NCBI GenBank assembly: GCA_963788655.1
Contig: CAWBHS010000072.1
Coordinates: 409,250-473,249 of the forward strand
Direction of reading: 5' to 3'
Length of the DNA stretch: 64,000 nt
Source of the DNA: an uncultured Verrucomicrobiae bacterium
GTDB lineage: Bacteria; Verrucomicrobiota; Verrucomicrobiia; Limisphaerales; JAFGQR01
Of this stretch, positions 1-10,779 are shown in pieces. The number at the start of each line of letters is the position of its first letter. The stretch's first letter is position 1. The notes under the pieces were generated by a model. That model saw only the letters and a list, made by a program, of their open reading frames with translations. It ran no database searches and was not told where the DNA came from. The translations under genes and the position numbers were made by a program.

Positions 1-1
1 G

Positions 2-476
2 CTGGGCAGTTTCCAGGCGGTCGTGACCAATGCCGTGGGTGCCGTCACCAGTCAGGTGGTGGTGCTTTCGTATCTTTGGGGCGACTGTGACGGCGACGGT
101 CTGCCGGACCAATGGGAATTGGAGCATGGTTTGGCGGCGAATGATCCGGCCGATGGCGACTTGGATTCGGATCACGACGGACTAAGCAATCGCGAAGAAT
201 TTCAGGCGGGGACCGATCCGCAGGATGATCAAAGTACGCTGCGGGTTGAACTGGTGGACGGCGGCACCAGCGGCGTGCCGACTTCGTTTCTATGCCGTAT
301 CGGGGATCGGTTACACCGTGCAATTCCGGACCAACCTGACGTCGGCTCCCTGGTTGAGCCTGACCAACCTGGCCGCGCAGGAGGTGAGCGGCCCCATAGA
401 ATTTGCTGATCCAGCAGTGTTGATCGACGGCAGCCGTTTTTACCGTCTCGTAACGCCGATGACACCTCCGCGATAA
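2..476 (+). CDS. 3' end of a secreted protein (Ig-like strand, DxDGDGLPD Ca-binding repeats, C-terminal ...RFYRL domain); 5' truncated by window, frameshift near 280
   Basis: Frame of ORF 23..409 gives VVTNAVG..DCDGDGLPDQWELEHGL..DSDHDGLSNREEFQAGTDP; frame of ORF 225..476 continues YTVQFRTNLTSAPW..SRFYRLVTP. Confidence 0.75.
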
Positions 477-642
477 TCGATCCTCAGCCAGGCAACTCGT
501 AGGACAGGCGTCCCGCCTGTCCTGAAACTCCGGAGGACTTCGACATGGGCCGCAACGCCTCATTCAGCGATAAGCCTGTCGAGGTGTTCAGGAAGCCCAG
601 AGCAATATGATTAACGCTCTGGTGGGACGGCTTGCGTTTTGG

Positions 643-786
643 CGCGCCAGCGTTTGGAGTGCGTCCGGCTTGCCGGCGCTTTCGCAGGGGGATTGGGGTC
701 CAATACTCAGCGGCATGAAGTTGGTATTCATGCGTTTCACTTTCATTGAAAGCGGGAGCAAGCTCCGCGCACTCCAAACGCTCCGC
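643..786. repeat. REP-like inverted pair, family A (CGCGCCAGCGTTTGGAGTGCG..GCTTGC..CGCTTT)
   Basis: 643-683 and reverse-complement copy 748-786; same unit recurs at 2738, 11200, 15366, 43606. Confidence 0.8.
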
Positions 787-946
787 TTGAATCGGAAGCC
801 GCAGGATTGGCAGGCCAACAAAAGACGATTCGATGACGTCAATGCACACCGCCATACTGATCGCTTGGAACATGCCACAAACAATCGAGCCGGCAACAAT
901 GCCGGCGCTCCGATTTGCAGGTCATTTGAGGTAAAGTCGGAACCGG

Positions 947-1267
947 CTAACGCCCCGATGACGCTTGCTTGCATTCGTCCGGTCGAATGCCAAACAACAC
1001 GCAGCCCAAGCCCAGCGTTCCGGTCAAAACGCCCAAGCCCAATGCGCATTTGCTGGTGAGCGGCCTTTCGGTCTCGCCCTGCACTCCGGGAAGGCCCTCG
1101 AGCATGATCGCCCGGTTCTGCACCTCGCGAGCGTTGGCCTCGTCACTTTGGTAGGCAACGAAAAAGCAGGCAGCCCCGAGCAACAGCAAGCCGTAGCCAA
1201 TGCGTCGCAACCGGCGCCGCTGGGCCGGAGTGGCAAGGGAGAATTTCCATGCGTTCATAAGCGCCAT
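947..1267 (-). CDS. small hypothetical membrane protein (2 TM)
   Basis: 106 aa ORF with basic RRRLRR followed by hydrophobic segments GYGLLLLGAACFFVAY and ALGLGVLTGTLGLGCVLFG. Confidence 0.5.
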   Translation of the reverse strand: MALMNAWKFSLATPAQRRRLRRIGYGLLLLGAACFFVAYQSDEANAREVQNRAIMLEGLPGVQGETERPLTSKCALGLGVLTGTLGLGCVLFGIRPDECKQASSGR

Positions 1268-1357
1268 AGAAACACGCGCCCGGGCGACTGCAAGATTAAA
1301 GAAGCCGCAGTGACTTGCAACCCGGCCAAATGGGGTGAAGATGGCGTGGTGAACGGC

Positions 1358-2686
1358 ATGAAGTTGCGCAGATGTTTTCTCTGGGGTGAGCTGGTTGGGG
1401 TGCTAACGTTATGTGTTGGTGCCGCCATTGCCACGGGAAGCGCGCCCGCCTCGGGCGCAATCGTTGGCACCTCGCCAACCAGTTCCAATGTGGATTCCCC
1501 CTTAACTCCTAGCCGGGACGATCGCGCCACGACCAACCAACCCGCCGGCCCGGCCAAAACCTCACCGGTTAATGCCAATGCCGTTTTCGAAAAGGCGCGC
1601 CCGGCCGTGGTGGTGTTGCGGCCGGTTAATGCGCGCGGGCAGGGGAACACGAAAGGCACCGGTTTTCTGATCAGCGCCGACGGCTTGCTGGTAACGGCCC
1701 GCCACGTTTCGGAATCGGGTTCCGAGATGTTTGCCGTCACGTCCGATGCCCGAAAACTCGACGTGACCGGTTTTGTCGGTGAAGACACCGATCATGATGT
1801 GGTGGTCTTGAAGGTCGAAGGAACCAATCTGCCATTCCTGCCGTTGGCCGCTTATGATCTGCCGCGGACTAATGAGTGGGTTAGCCTGGTCGGCAATCCC
1901 GGCGGCGGCGGGTTGGCGTTTCCCACCGGGACGGTGGTGGGCGTGGCCGGCATTCCGGGGGTGCTGGAGGACGTGTTGACGACGATCCCGGTGCGCCACG
2001 GTCACAGCGGTTCACCCATGTTGAATCTGCGCGGGGAAGTGGTCGGGGTTGCGGTCGCCGCCATGGCCAATTATGACGGCGTCGCCATTCCGGTGAAAGT
2101 CATCAAGCGAATTCTGGCACGGGCTGGCACCAATGCTCCGGTGCCCTTCACGAAACGCCCCCGCAAAGGTCGCCTTACCCCGGTCGGTTTGGATCCGGAT
2201 TTCCGCCTGGCCCGCGAAGCCATGGGCCACCAGAACTGGGCCGAGGCCGTGAAGCGATTGCAGCAAGTGATTCGACGCTACCCGGAAAGTGCAGCGGCCG
2301 ACTTGTTCCTGGGTTACAGCTATACCCAGCAACAAGACTGGGCCAATGCGCTTGCGACGTTCAAACGCGCGGTGCAACTCCGCAATGACAGCGCAGTGCT
2401 TTGGTTCTTTTACGGCACGGTGCTCGTGACGAAAGGGCTGGCGGCCGACGGTGTCGAAGCGTTGAAGAAATCCATCGCGCTCCACCTCGACGACCCGTCC
2501 CGGCTGATCGCCGCCTGGTCCACCCTGGCAACGGTGGCGGCCAAAGAAAACAAGGAAACGGAAGCGCGCGATGCCTTGGAGCAGTTGCGTCGCCTGGATG
2601 CAACCCGAGCGGCGGAATTAAAGATTCAACTCTGGCGGTTCTGCCCCAAACTGATGCTGCCAGTGGAAGATAGGACAGGAAAATAG
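1358..2686 (+). CDS. secreted trypsin-like (S1C) serine protease with C-terminal TPR repeats
   Basis: Signal peptide from ATG 1358; catalytic triad motifs VTARHV, DVVVLK, GHSGSP; TPR-like helices (AADLFLGYSY..ALATFKRAVQL). Confidence 0.85.
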   Translation: MKLRRCFLWGELVGVLTLCVGAAIATGSAPASGAIVGTSPTSSNVDSPLTPSRDDRATTNQPAGPAKTSPVNANAVFEKARPAVVVLRPVNARGQGNTKGTGFLISADGLLVTARHVSESGSEMFAVTSDARKLDVTGFVGEDTDHDVVVLKVEGTNLPFLPLAAYDLPRTNEWVSLVGNPGGGGLAFPTGTVVGVAGIPGVLEDVLTTIPVRHGHSGSPMLNLRGEVVGVAVAAMANYDGVAIPVKVIKRILARAGTNAPVPFTKRPRKGRLTPVGLDPDFRLAREAMGHQNWAEAVKRLQQVIRRYPESAAADLFLGYSYTQQQDWANALATFKRAVQLRNDSAVLWFFYGTVLVTKGLAADGVEALKKSIALHLDDPSRLIAAWSTLATVAAKENKETEARDALEQLRRLDATRAAELKIQLWRFCPKLMLPVEDRTGK

Positions 2687-2737
2687 AGTCTCGGTAAGCT
2701 GCGTTAGAGTATTCCTTCCACGTTGTCCGTCACACTT

Positions 2738-2942
2738 GAAAGCGCCGGCAAGCCGAGCGTAATCCAAACGTTGGCGCGACTTTCGGGCTGGCCTCCCGGA
2801 TTTCGCGCAGCGTTTGGAGTGGCGCGGAGCTTGCTCCCGCTTTCGCTTGAGCGGGGCGTGCAAAGCTTCGCCTACGTCACGAGCTGCCAACGCCCAGCCG
2901 ACGGCAATTCGGCGAAACAGCGGAATGAAAATCTGCGCCACG
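2738..2942. repeat. REP-like cluster between convergent genes (family A pair plus one GTGGCGCAGATTTTCA-type copy)
   Basis: 2738-2779 and 2803-2844 match family A in opposite orientations; 2890-2942 resembles 43700-43746. Confidence 0.7.
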
Positions 2943-2987
2943 CACGAGCATGGCCCAGCCCACCCTCTCACCAATATGCGTGTTGCC

Positions 2988-4358
2988 TCAAACTTCCTTC
3001 CACTCGCCCGGAATCGGAACCGGAAAGCGTCCGTTGGCATCGGGTTTGACGGGGACGGGGCTGTTCTCGTTCATCGTGTCGAGATAGTCGCAGAACTGGA
3101 ACCGCGACGCCATCATGTCGTCCCAGGTGACCGTCTGGCCGGGATGGCAGGCGGCGCGGCCCATGAGCGCGGTGAGATCCGAATAGACGGCCCGTTTGAG
3201 CTTCGTTGTGCGGCCGATCGTTGCGGATGCTGTGCGATGAAGTCGTTCCACTCGTACTGCCACGGACTGTAGGCGTCGTTGGTGGGCGTCCAGGCGATGT
3301 TGTCGCGTTGCGATGCGTTGGTCCTTGAACATGTGGACGGTGGCGGCGTGGATGTTGCCGGAGAACTGGGCGGCGCATTTGGTCCCGTGAATGTACGTGG
3401 CGAAATCGCTGCGCGTCTTCTTCATGCGCCGGAATCCGCAGAAGGCCTTGGTGCCGTCGGCGAAGGTGTATTCCATCGAATACACGTCGATGTTCTGGCC
3501 GCAGTCGTCGCTGTTGGGAGCGCGTCCGCCCATGCCATGGCATTCGACCGGCCAGGCGTCCTTGATCCAGCAGCACTCATCGATCTGGTGGATGAGGTTG
3601 TCGACCATGTGGCCCGAGCCGACCCAGAACAAATGGATCCGGCCGAACTGGAGCTGGCTGAGAAGTTCGGTGGCCTTGTCGCCTTGCGGTCGGAGCCAAT
3701 CGGCGCCGCCCAGGCGGTTGGCGCGGATCAGCGTGATGTCGCCCAGCTCGCCGTTGCGGATTTTTTCGATCAGCGCCTGGCGCGCCGGCGAATGGCGGCA
3801 TTGCAGACCGGCGGCGATTTTGACGTTCTTCTTTTCCGCCTCATCGACCGGCCGCAGCAATCGGTGCAACCCACCCGGATCGGGCGCAAAAGGCTTTTCC
3901 ATGAAGACGTTGATCCCCTTCCGGATGGCGTATTCGACATGCACGGGCCGGATGTAGGCCCGGGTGGTGCACATGGCGACGTCGCCGGGACGGAGGGTGT
4001 CGATCGGCTGTGCTTGTAGGCGTCGAAGCCCAGGAACTTGCGATCTGGCCGAAACGTCCACCTTGTCGGGGAACTTATCCTGAAGCGTCCGGTGCGCCGC
4101 TTCGATTTTGTTATCGAGCAGATCGGCCATCGTGTAGAGCTTGACCGGTCCGGCTGCCGGCACCGAAAGGGCGTTGGCGATGGCCCCGGTGCCCCGCCCG
4201 CCGCAGCCGATGAGCGCGAGGCGAATGGTGTTGTCTTCTGCGGCAAATACACCATGGGGTGCGGCGGCGGCAAGCACGCCGGCGCCCAGGGCAAAGGAAC
4301 CGCTTTGTTTAAGGAATTGCCGTCGGTTGAGTTTGGAATTGTTGTTGGATTTTGTCAT
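2988..4358 (-). CDS. Tat-exported Gfo/Idh/MocA family oxidoreductase (two locally compensated frameshift tracts)
   Basis: LNRRQFLK twin-arginine signal, IGCGGRGTG Rossmann motif, VFMEKP motif; family-like sequence shifts to alternative frames near 4005-4050 and 3225-3300. Confidence 0.9.
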   Translation of the reverse strand: MTKSNNNSKLNRRQFLKQSGSFALGAGVLAAAAPHGVFAAEDNTIRLALIGCGGRGTGAIANALSVPAAGPVKLYTMADLLDNKIEAAHRTLQDKFPDKVDVSARSQVPGLRRLQAQPIDTLRPGDVAMCTTRAYIRPVHVEYAIRKGINVFMEKPFAPDPGGLHRLLRPVDEAEKKNVKIAAGLQCRHSPARQALIEKIRNGELGDITLIRANRLGGADWLRPQGDKATELLSQLQFGRIHLFWVGSGHMVDNLIHQIDECCWIKDAWPVECHGMGGRAPNSDDCGQNIDVYSMEYTFADGTKAFCGFRRMKKTRSDFATYIHGTKCAAQFSGNIHAATVHMFKDQRIATRQHRLDAHQRRLQSVAVRVERLHRTASATIGRTTKLKRAVYSDLTALMGRAACHPGQTVTWDDMMASRFQFCDYLDTMNENSPVPVKPDANGRFPVPIPGEWKEV

Positions 4359-4717
4359 GAGTTCTTCTTTGGTTGGGATGGTAACTGAGGGTTCAGGTTT
4401 GTCTCCGGCAATTGGTCTTGGCAGCAGGGATGCCCCCATCGCCCGGTTGGTTGGGGATGGCACCGATTCTTGATGTGCAGCGATCAATGAAGACTTCCGG
4501 TTCCATCGGGTTCATGGAGCAGCAGTGTAGGCGAGGGCTCTCGGGTCGCAAGCAGTTTCGTGCGACGGCGATTACAACAGGAGCTACGGTTCATTAATCG
4601 CTTTGCTATTCCAATTCGAAGGCAGACTGGTAACTTCCCAAGAAGAATATGACCGAGTTCAACTTTGATAGGCTCTGCCGCCGAGATCCCGGACGATAGA
4701 CTCCGATTCCTGATGCG

Positions 4718-6089
4718 ATGAAAATCCACTCACAACTCTCAATTTGCACCGAACTGGCTCTCAGTGCCTGCTTGGTCGCCATCCCTGCACTGGCTGGTTC
4801 GGTAGCCCCCACACCTCAACCCACCCAAACCAATCGCCTGCAACTGGCGCGCCAGATTCTCGCGGATGAACGGATGGATCAAGTGGTCCGCATGGGGCAG
4901 GACTTGTTGAAATCCGGTTTGAATGCCGGCAGTGGTTACGCCGAGGTGTGGATTCGTGATCTCAACACCTTCCTTGTGCCCGTGCTCGAAGTGACGCCGC
5001 CGGCCACCATTCGTCAGGCCTTGTTGGTCTTTTTTCACTTTCAGGGTGAGGACGGAAATATCGTGGATGGCTACGTGCCGGCCGACAAGGCGTTCGCTGA
5101 CTACAAGTTTCGCACCAGCCCCACGCAGCCGCGCTTCAAGGCGCACAAAAACACTGTCGAAACCGACCAGGAAAGCTCGCTGGTGCAGGCGGTGTGTCGT
5201 TACATACGCCAGACGCATGATCGGACCATTCTCGATGAAATGGTTCGTGGCCAAAAAGTCAGCGAACGGTTGGAGCGGGCGTTGCGCTATCCGTTGGAAC
5301 ATCGGTTCTCCCCAAAATATGGGTTGATCTGGGGCGCCACCACGGCAGATTGGGGTGATGTGCAACCGGAACATCCGTGGGGCGTGGAACTCGACGATAA
5401 CAGCCATCGCGCCATCGATATTTACGACAATGCCTTGCTGCTGGTGGCCATCCAGGAGTTCCTGCAAACGGTCGCCCCCAAGGACTCCGACATTGCGCGG
5501 CACTGGCAGACGCAGCATCACCAATTGGCCGCAGCGGTTCGCCGGCACCTCTGGGATGCGCGCGCGCAAAAGTTCATTCCGCACTTGTACCTTGATGGGT
5601 CTCCGTTCCCCAAAGAATTTCAATGAAAGCCAGGTGTACTATCATGGCGGAACGGCGGTCGCCATCGAGGCGGGCCTGTTAACACCTAACGAAATCTTGA
5701 CCGCTTATGGGCAGATGTTGGCCGATCTGCGGCTGTCGGGGGCGGCCACTGTGGGCCTGACGCTTTATCCGCCGTATCCGCAAGGCTCGTTCAAGAATCC
5801 ATCGATGGGACCGTATTCTTACCAGAATGGGGGCGATTGGACCTGGTTCGGTGCGCGTGTGGTGCGGCAACTGGCGCGGGCGGGGTTTGCTGAGGAAGCG
5901 TATCGCGAACTTATCCCGATGCTGGAGCGCGTCATTCGCCATCAGGGATTTCATGAATGGTGGTCCGTGGACAATCAACCTAAAGGCTCCGGTAAATTCC
6001 GCGGTTCCGCCGGGGTGTTGATCGAGGCCGTTAACGAGTTGCACGCGTGGGCCAGGGCGCAGTTGCAGAACCCGCCCCCGTCGCGATGA
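4718..6089 (+). CDS. secreted six-hairpin glycoside hydrolase (amylo-alpha-1,6-glucosidase/GH100-like), frameshift near 5620
   Basis: Signal peptide; WIRD, ETDQES, DWGDVQPE in ORF 4718..5626; continues YQNGGDWTW..GFHEWW in frame of ORF 5355..6089. Confidence 0.75.
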
Positions 6090-6157
6090 ATTGATAGCGG
6101 CATCGTTGAAGACGAGCGCCTTCGATCATCTTCGTTCGACCGGAGTCTTCGAAAGCG

Positions 6158-6445
6158 TCAGCGAAGTTTCTGGTTCGGCTTCGTTCTTTCGGATTCCAAT
6201 AGCACGGAAAGAAAGAAACACGGCACGAGAAAGAGAGCAACCGCGGCCGGAACCATCCAATGCTGGGCGCCTTTTGCCGGGAAAAGCCAGGCCGTCGAAA
6301 CGAGGAAATCCAATACCTGCAAAACCGGCCTGTTGAACTCCAGCCCCCACTTTTCAGAAGCCCAGACCGAAGGAATCCTCACGGCCGTCTCCAGTGCGAA
6401 CATACCCAACCAAGCCAGCGGGATTCCCACCAGGGTTGACAACAC
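6158..6445 (-). pseudogene. 5'-truncated membrane protein remnant
   Basis: Begins abruptly at a hydrophobic helix (LSTLVGIPLAWLGMFAL) just after the NHL gene stop; about 3 TM segments; no convincing start. Confidence 0.35.
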
Positions 6446-6516
6446 GTTTTAGGGCGAGTGGAAGCTCAGTCGCGATTCTTCGTAAAATGCCGCGCTGTAT
6501 TGCCGCCACTTCGCGC

Positions 6517-9500
6517 CTACGGCTCGACGAGCCGATAGAACCGCCGCGGATGGTCGGACAATGGTTCGTTGAAGATCAAAGGTTGTCCTGCCACCCCATT
6601 CGTCAATACCGGCTCCCAATAAATCAGGTTGGTCGATGATTCCAGAACCAACGCATCGTAGCCGGATAAGCCCTCCAGTTGCAGGTGGAATTCCCCGTTT
6701 TCAATACCGAAGGCAGTGGAGGAGAACCGCAACACTTCGCGCACCGTCAACGTGGCGCTGCTGCTCGTCTGGCTGCCCATTCCATTGCTCACCTCCACGC
6801 GGTAAACGCCAGCATCACCGAGCGTCACCTGGCGCAGGAGCAGGGTGGCATTGGTGGCCTCGGTCAACGGCACGCCGTCGAGCAACCATTGGTAACTCAA
6901 CGGCGATTCGCCGCTGGCCACGACGCTGAAAGCCACGTCGTCGCCGACGAACGCTTTTTGGCTGCCGGGCGAGCGGGCAATGAACGGCGCGGCCGAAACC
7001 GTCGCCGTGAATTCAAGCATGCGCAAGGCAGTTTCCCCGGCGACACTGTTGGTTGCCTGGAGACTAAAAATGTAAAGTCCAGGAACATCCGGCGTGAACA
7101 CCGGATTGGAAACCGACTCATCTGACAGCGTGACACTGGAATCACCCGGGCGCCGCACTACCGACCATTTCCAGGCGGTGGCGGTTTGTGGATTTGTGTC
7201 CAATTGCCGCTGGGCTCCCACCGGGCCACTGGGCGCATCCACAACCGGCCGATCCGGGCAGGACAAGCTGAGTTTGCGGACTACATTATTGTACACGTCG
7301 GTCACGTAAACATTCCCCGCCGCATCCAGCGTTACTCCTTCGGGAAGATCGAAATAGGCCGTCGCGCCAACGCCATCGGCGTAACCGGCGACTCCATGAT
7401 GCCCGGCAATCGTAATCACTTCGCCGGTGGGACTGACCTTCCGGATGGTGTGATTGAAACGGTCAGCCACAAAGAGGGTGCCGTCCGGAGCTACAGCAAT
7501 TCCTTTGAGCAACCGAAACCGCGCCGCGCTGCCCACGCCGTCCACGTCCCCAAATTCCGTTGCTTGACCCGCCACCGTTGTCACTTCGCCCAGCGGGCTT
7601 ACTTTGCGAATGGTGCCGTTGCCCAGGTCGCTGACATACAGATACCCCGCCGCGTCCACCGTCAAGCTGCGCGGATAGGCGAACCAGGCTGACTGCCCGA
7701 TCCCATCAGCGCTGCCGAGCACCCTGGGAACGCCCGCCAACGTGGTGACTTCACCGGCCGGAGTAATTTTGCGGATGGTGCTATTGTAGGTGTCGCTGAC
7801 AAACACGTTGCCATCGTGATCGACCGCAATCCCCCGCGGGCTGTCGAAGCGGGCCGCGCTGCCTAATCCATCCGCGGTGCCGGCTTCGTCCGGGGTGCCC
7901 GCGATAGTGGTCACCTGGCCGGCAGGGTCGATCTTGCGAATGGTGTTGTTGAGGCAATCCGCCACATACACGTTGCCCTCGCCATCCACCGCCACGCCGC
8001 GGGGTTCGTAGAAATGCGCGGCCGTGCCCATACCGTCGTTGGTGCCGCTCACGTTCAACTCGCCCGCCAGCACGGAGACGTCGCCGTCAGGACTGACTTT
8101 CTCAATCACCTGGCCGCCCAGGTCCGCCGTGTACAACCACCCGTCAGGACCGGCGGCAATGCCATACAGGAAGTTAAATCCAACGCCGGGGATTGCGTTC
8201 CCAGGGCCGACCAGGGTCGTTACCCCGTGCTCGGAAGTGACCTTGCGCAGCGCATGGTTGCCGGTGTCGTCCACATAAATCTGGCCGAAACGATCCACGG
8301 CAATGCCGCGCGGAGCGGAAAACCGGGCGTCCGCGGCAGCGCCATCCACGCCCCCCGCCGAGCCACTCAAACCGGCCAGCGTGGTGACGTAGCCATTGGG
8401 CGTGATTTTGCGGACACTATGATTCCCGGTGTCGGCGATATACAGGTTGTCTGCACCATCCACCGCGACGCCACAGGGATGATAAAGCCGCGCCTGACCG
8501 CCCTGACCATCCGCCGTTCCCGTGGAGCGCGGCGCGCCCGCGAACGTGATGACCTCGCCGACCGGACTGATTTTTCGAATGGTTGAATTCCAATAATCCG
8601 CGACGTAAAGCCAGCCTTGGGAATCCACGGCGATGCCGTAGGACCCATCAAACCGCGCCTCGCTGCCCACCCCATCGACATTGCTGCCAAACGGACCACC
8701 CGGCGCTCCCGCCAAGGTCTTGACTTCGGCGGCGGGAGTGATTTTGCGAATCAAGTAGTTGGCCGTGTCGGTGACATAGACATTGCCGGCCCGATCCACC
8801 GCCACACCTGACGGACCATAGAAAAGCGCGTCGGCGCCCACGCCGTCATTCGTGCCGTGCGTGCCCGCCGTTCCCACCCACGTGGTCACGCAGCCATCCG
8901 GGCTGATCTTGCGAATGGTGTGGTTGCCGGTGTCCGCTACAAATACGGTGCCCATCCTGTCCACCGCGACGCCCCGCGGCAAGTTGAACCGCGCTTCGCT
9001 GCCGACGCCATCGGCACTGCCGCTCTGCCCGGCCAATCCGGCCAGCGTCGAGGTTTCTCCTTCCGGCGTAACCTTGCGGATGGTGTGATTGCTTGTGTCA
9101 GCAATGTAAATGTTGCCTTCCAGATCAACGGCGGCGCCTTCGGGGCTGTGCAACCGCGCTTCCAATCCGGCGCCGTCCTTGGCGTCGCCGCGCTGGGCGG
9201 TGCTGGGCGCGAACGTGCTCACCATGTAGCTGCGCCAGACGGTCAAGTGGGCCGGCGGACTGCTGGTCGCACTGCCGCTGCCGTTGGAGACAATTACGGT
9301 ATAGTCGCCCGCCTCGGTGCGGCTGATTTGCGGCAGGACCAGGTCCGCGTTGGTGGCACCGGGCAGTGCTGTTCCGTCGCGCAGCCATTGATACCGAAGC
9401 ACCGCGGCGCCAACGGCAGCCACTGACAAGGTTGGACTGGTGTCCTCCAACACGGTCTGACTCTCCGGCTGAGTCACGATCCAGGGGGCTGTCGGCGGCG

Positions 9501-10779
9501 GCAACAGGACTACTTGATCGAGCCAGCCTGCGTGTACTACTCCGGCATCCGAGCTGTGCCGTTCGTAAATCCAACGCAGTTGAAAAATGCCTCCGGGCAG
9601 GTAGCGCTGATACAATTGCCAATCCACGTCACCCGAGACGGCCGCCGTTTCCTCGCCGGCCACCAGGAATTTGAGCGTGTCCTCGTCACTCGACACTTTC
9701 CAGCGAAAAGAAATGATGCCCGGTCCGAATACCGTCGTTTGAATCCAAGCTTCCTGGTCCGCTTCCAACGGGCCGCTTTGCGCCGCCTGTTCACCATCAT
9801 AGGTCGTGTCCGATTCGGGGAACCAATTGGCGTGGCCGCCGCAGAGCCATGTGCGATTCGCGAAGTCCAGTGCAGAAGTCAATTCGGGCGAGGTCACGGA
9901 CAAGGTCGCGTTGGAACTCGCCGTGGCGCCGGCGGCATCGCTCACCACCGCGCTGTAGTATCCCACCTGGTCGGCAGTGACTCCGGTCAACGATAGTGTT
10001 GCGTCCGTGGCGGCCGGGAGATCGATCCCGTTCCGGCGCCACTGGTAACTCAAGGGCGACTCGCCTTGGGCGCTTACGGTGAATTGCACGTTGCCCCCCG
10101 CATGGGCGATGACATCCGTGGGGTGAACGAAAATTCGCGGCCCAGGCGGCAGAACGGTGGCGGTCAAATCAGCGCCAAAAATCACGTCGCTGCTGGTGGC
10201 GCCGGCCTGGTGCACCTCGACCGCCAGCACATTCAGGCCCGGGACGAGCGTATTGGGGGAAACCGCGAACGTCTCCCGGCCGGTGGATTGCACCTCGGCA
10301 GTCCGGTTGGCACTCGTGGAATAGCCAATGACGCTCGGTGTACCCGGCATGCCAAGCCGCTGGACCTCCTGCCCGTTTAAATAGAAGACCGCTCCGTCAT
10401 CCACCACGGCACCAATGGTCAAGTCCAGGCGGTTGGTGGGGTAATCCAGCGTGAAAGTGGTCCGGAAATAATACGTGATGATCGGCTGGCCCACCGCGTC
10501 GGTCAGCGGCAAGGGCGTATTGATTCCGGTACTCAATCCCGGCGGCAGATATTCGGTGCTCGGGGCGCCGAGGATACTGTCGCCTTGCGACCAACTGGAA
10601 TCGTCATAGCCGGGTTCGCGCCAGGCGGTGCCCAGGTTAATGCCGTTGGCGTTATACCTCCATTGGGTGGCGAACGGGACGAGGTTGGTTTGAATTGAGT
10701 CGGCGGCCTCGAGCCAACCGCTACTGACCATTATGGCGCAGCTCAGAGCGAGTGCCCGTCCAAGTCGAAGAGTTCCCAT
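6517..10779 (-). CDS. large secreted protein: N-terminal beta-sandwich, Ig domains, multiple NHL beta-propeller repeats, PKD/REJ-like domain, Ig, C-terminal ...RFYRL domain
   Basis: Signal peptide from ATG 10779; Ig motifs PLSYQW..G.Y.V.VSN; a dozen or more F..P.G.AVD..GN.YVAD..N..IRKI repeats; ends SSTNLIYW..RRFYRLVEP. Confidence 0.9.
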   Translation of the reverse strand: MGTLRLGRALALSCAIMVSSGWLEAADSIQTNLVPFATQWRYNANGINLGTAWREPGYDDSSWSQGDSILGAPSTEYLPPGLSTGINTPLPLTDAVGQPIITYYFRTTFTLDYPTNRLDLTIGAVVDDGAVFYLNGQEVQRLGMPGTPSVIGYSTSANRTAEVQSTGRETFAVSPNTLVPGLNVLAVEVHQAGATSSDVIFGADLTATVLPPGPRIFVHPTDVIAHAGGNVQFTVSAQGESPLSYQWRRNGIDLPAATDATLSLTGVTADQVGYYSAVVSDAAGATASSNATLSVTSPELTSALDFANRTWLCGGHANWFPESDTTYDGEQAAQSGPLEADQEAWIQTTVFGPGIISFRWKVSSDEDTLKFLVAGEETAAVSGDVDWQLYQRYLPGGIFQLRWIYERHSSDAGVVHAGWLDQVVLLPPPTAPWIVTQPESQTVLEDTSPTLSVAAVGAAVLRYQWLRDGTALPGATNADLVLPQISRTEAGDYTVIVSNGSGSATSSPPAHLTVWRSYMVSTFAPSTAQRGDAKDGAGLEARLHSPEGAAVDLEGNIYIADTSNHTIRKVTPEGETSTLAGLAGQSGSADGVGSEARFNLPRGVAVDRMGTVFVADTGNHTIRKISPDGCVTTWVGTAGTHGTNDGVGADALFYGPSGVAVDRAGNVYVTDTANYLIRKITPAAEVKTLAGAPGGPFGSNVDGVGSEARFDGSYGIAVDSQGWLYVADYWNSTIRKISPVGEVITFAGAPRSTGTADGQGGQARLYHPCGVAVDGADNLYIADTGNHSVRKITPNGYVTTLAGLSGSAGGVDGAAADARFSAPRGIAVDRFGQIYVDDTGNHALRKVTSEHGVTTLVGPGNAIPGVGFNFLYGIAAGPDGWLYTADLGGQVIEKVSPDGDVSVLAGELNVSGTNDGMGTAAHFYEPRGVAVDGEGNVYVADCLNNTIRKIDPAGQVTTIAGTPDEAGTADGLGSAARFDSPRGIAVDHDGNVFVSDTYNSTIRKITPAGEVTTLAGVPRVLGSADGIGQSAWFAYPRSLTVDAAGYLYVSDLGNGTIRKVSPLGEVTTVAGQATEFGDVDGVGSAARFRLLKGIAVAPDGTLFVADRFNHTIRKVSPTGEVITIAGHHGVAGYADGVGATAYFDLPEGVTLDAAGNVYVTDVYNNVVRKLSLSCPDRPVVDAPSGPVGAQRQLDTNPQTATAWKWSVVRRPGDSSVTLSDESVSNPVFTPDVPGLYIFSLQATNSVAGETALRMLEFTATVSAAPFIARSPGSQKAFVGDDVAFSVVASGESPLSYQWLLDGVPLTEATNATLLLRQVTLGDAGVYRVEVSNGMGSQTSSSATLTVREVLRFSSTAFGIENGEFHLQLEGLSGYDALVLESSTNLIYWEPVLTNGVAGQPLIFNEPLSDHPRRFYRLVEP

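Noticed and set aside
484..1059. ORFs made of repeat-derived peptides (RLECAELAPAF, ESAGKPDALQTLAR), also 10996..11387, 17753..18260, 43546..43847
   Set aside because: Translations of REP-like palindromes, not credible genes
7300..9200. Regularly spaced repeats suggesting an array
   Set aside because: Degenerate in-frame NHL protein repeats; no identical direct repeats with unique spacers and no cas genes, so not CRISPR
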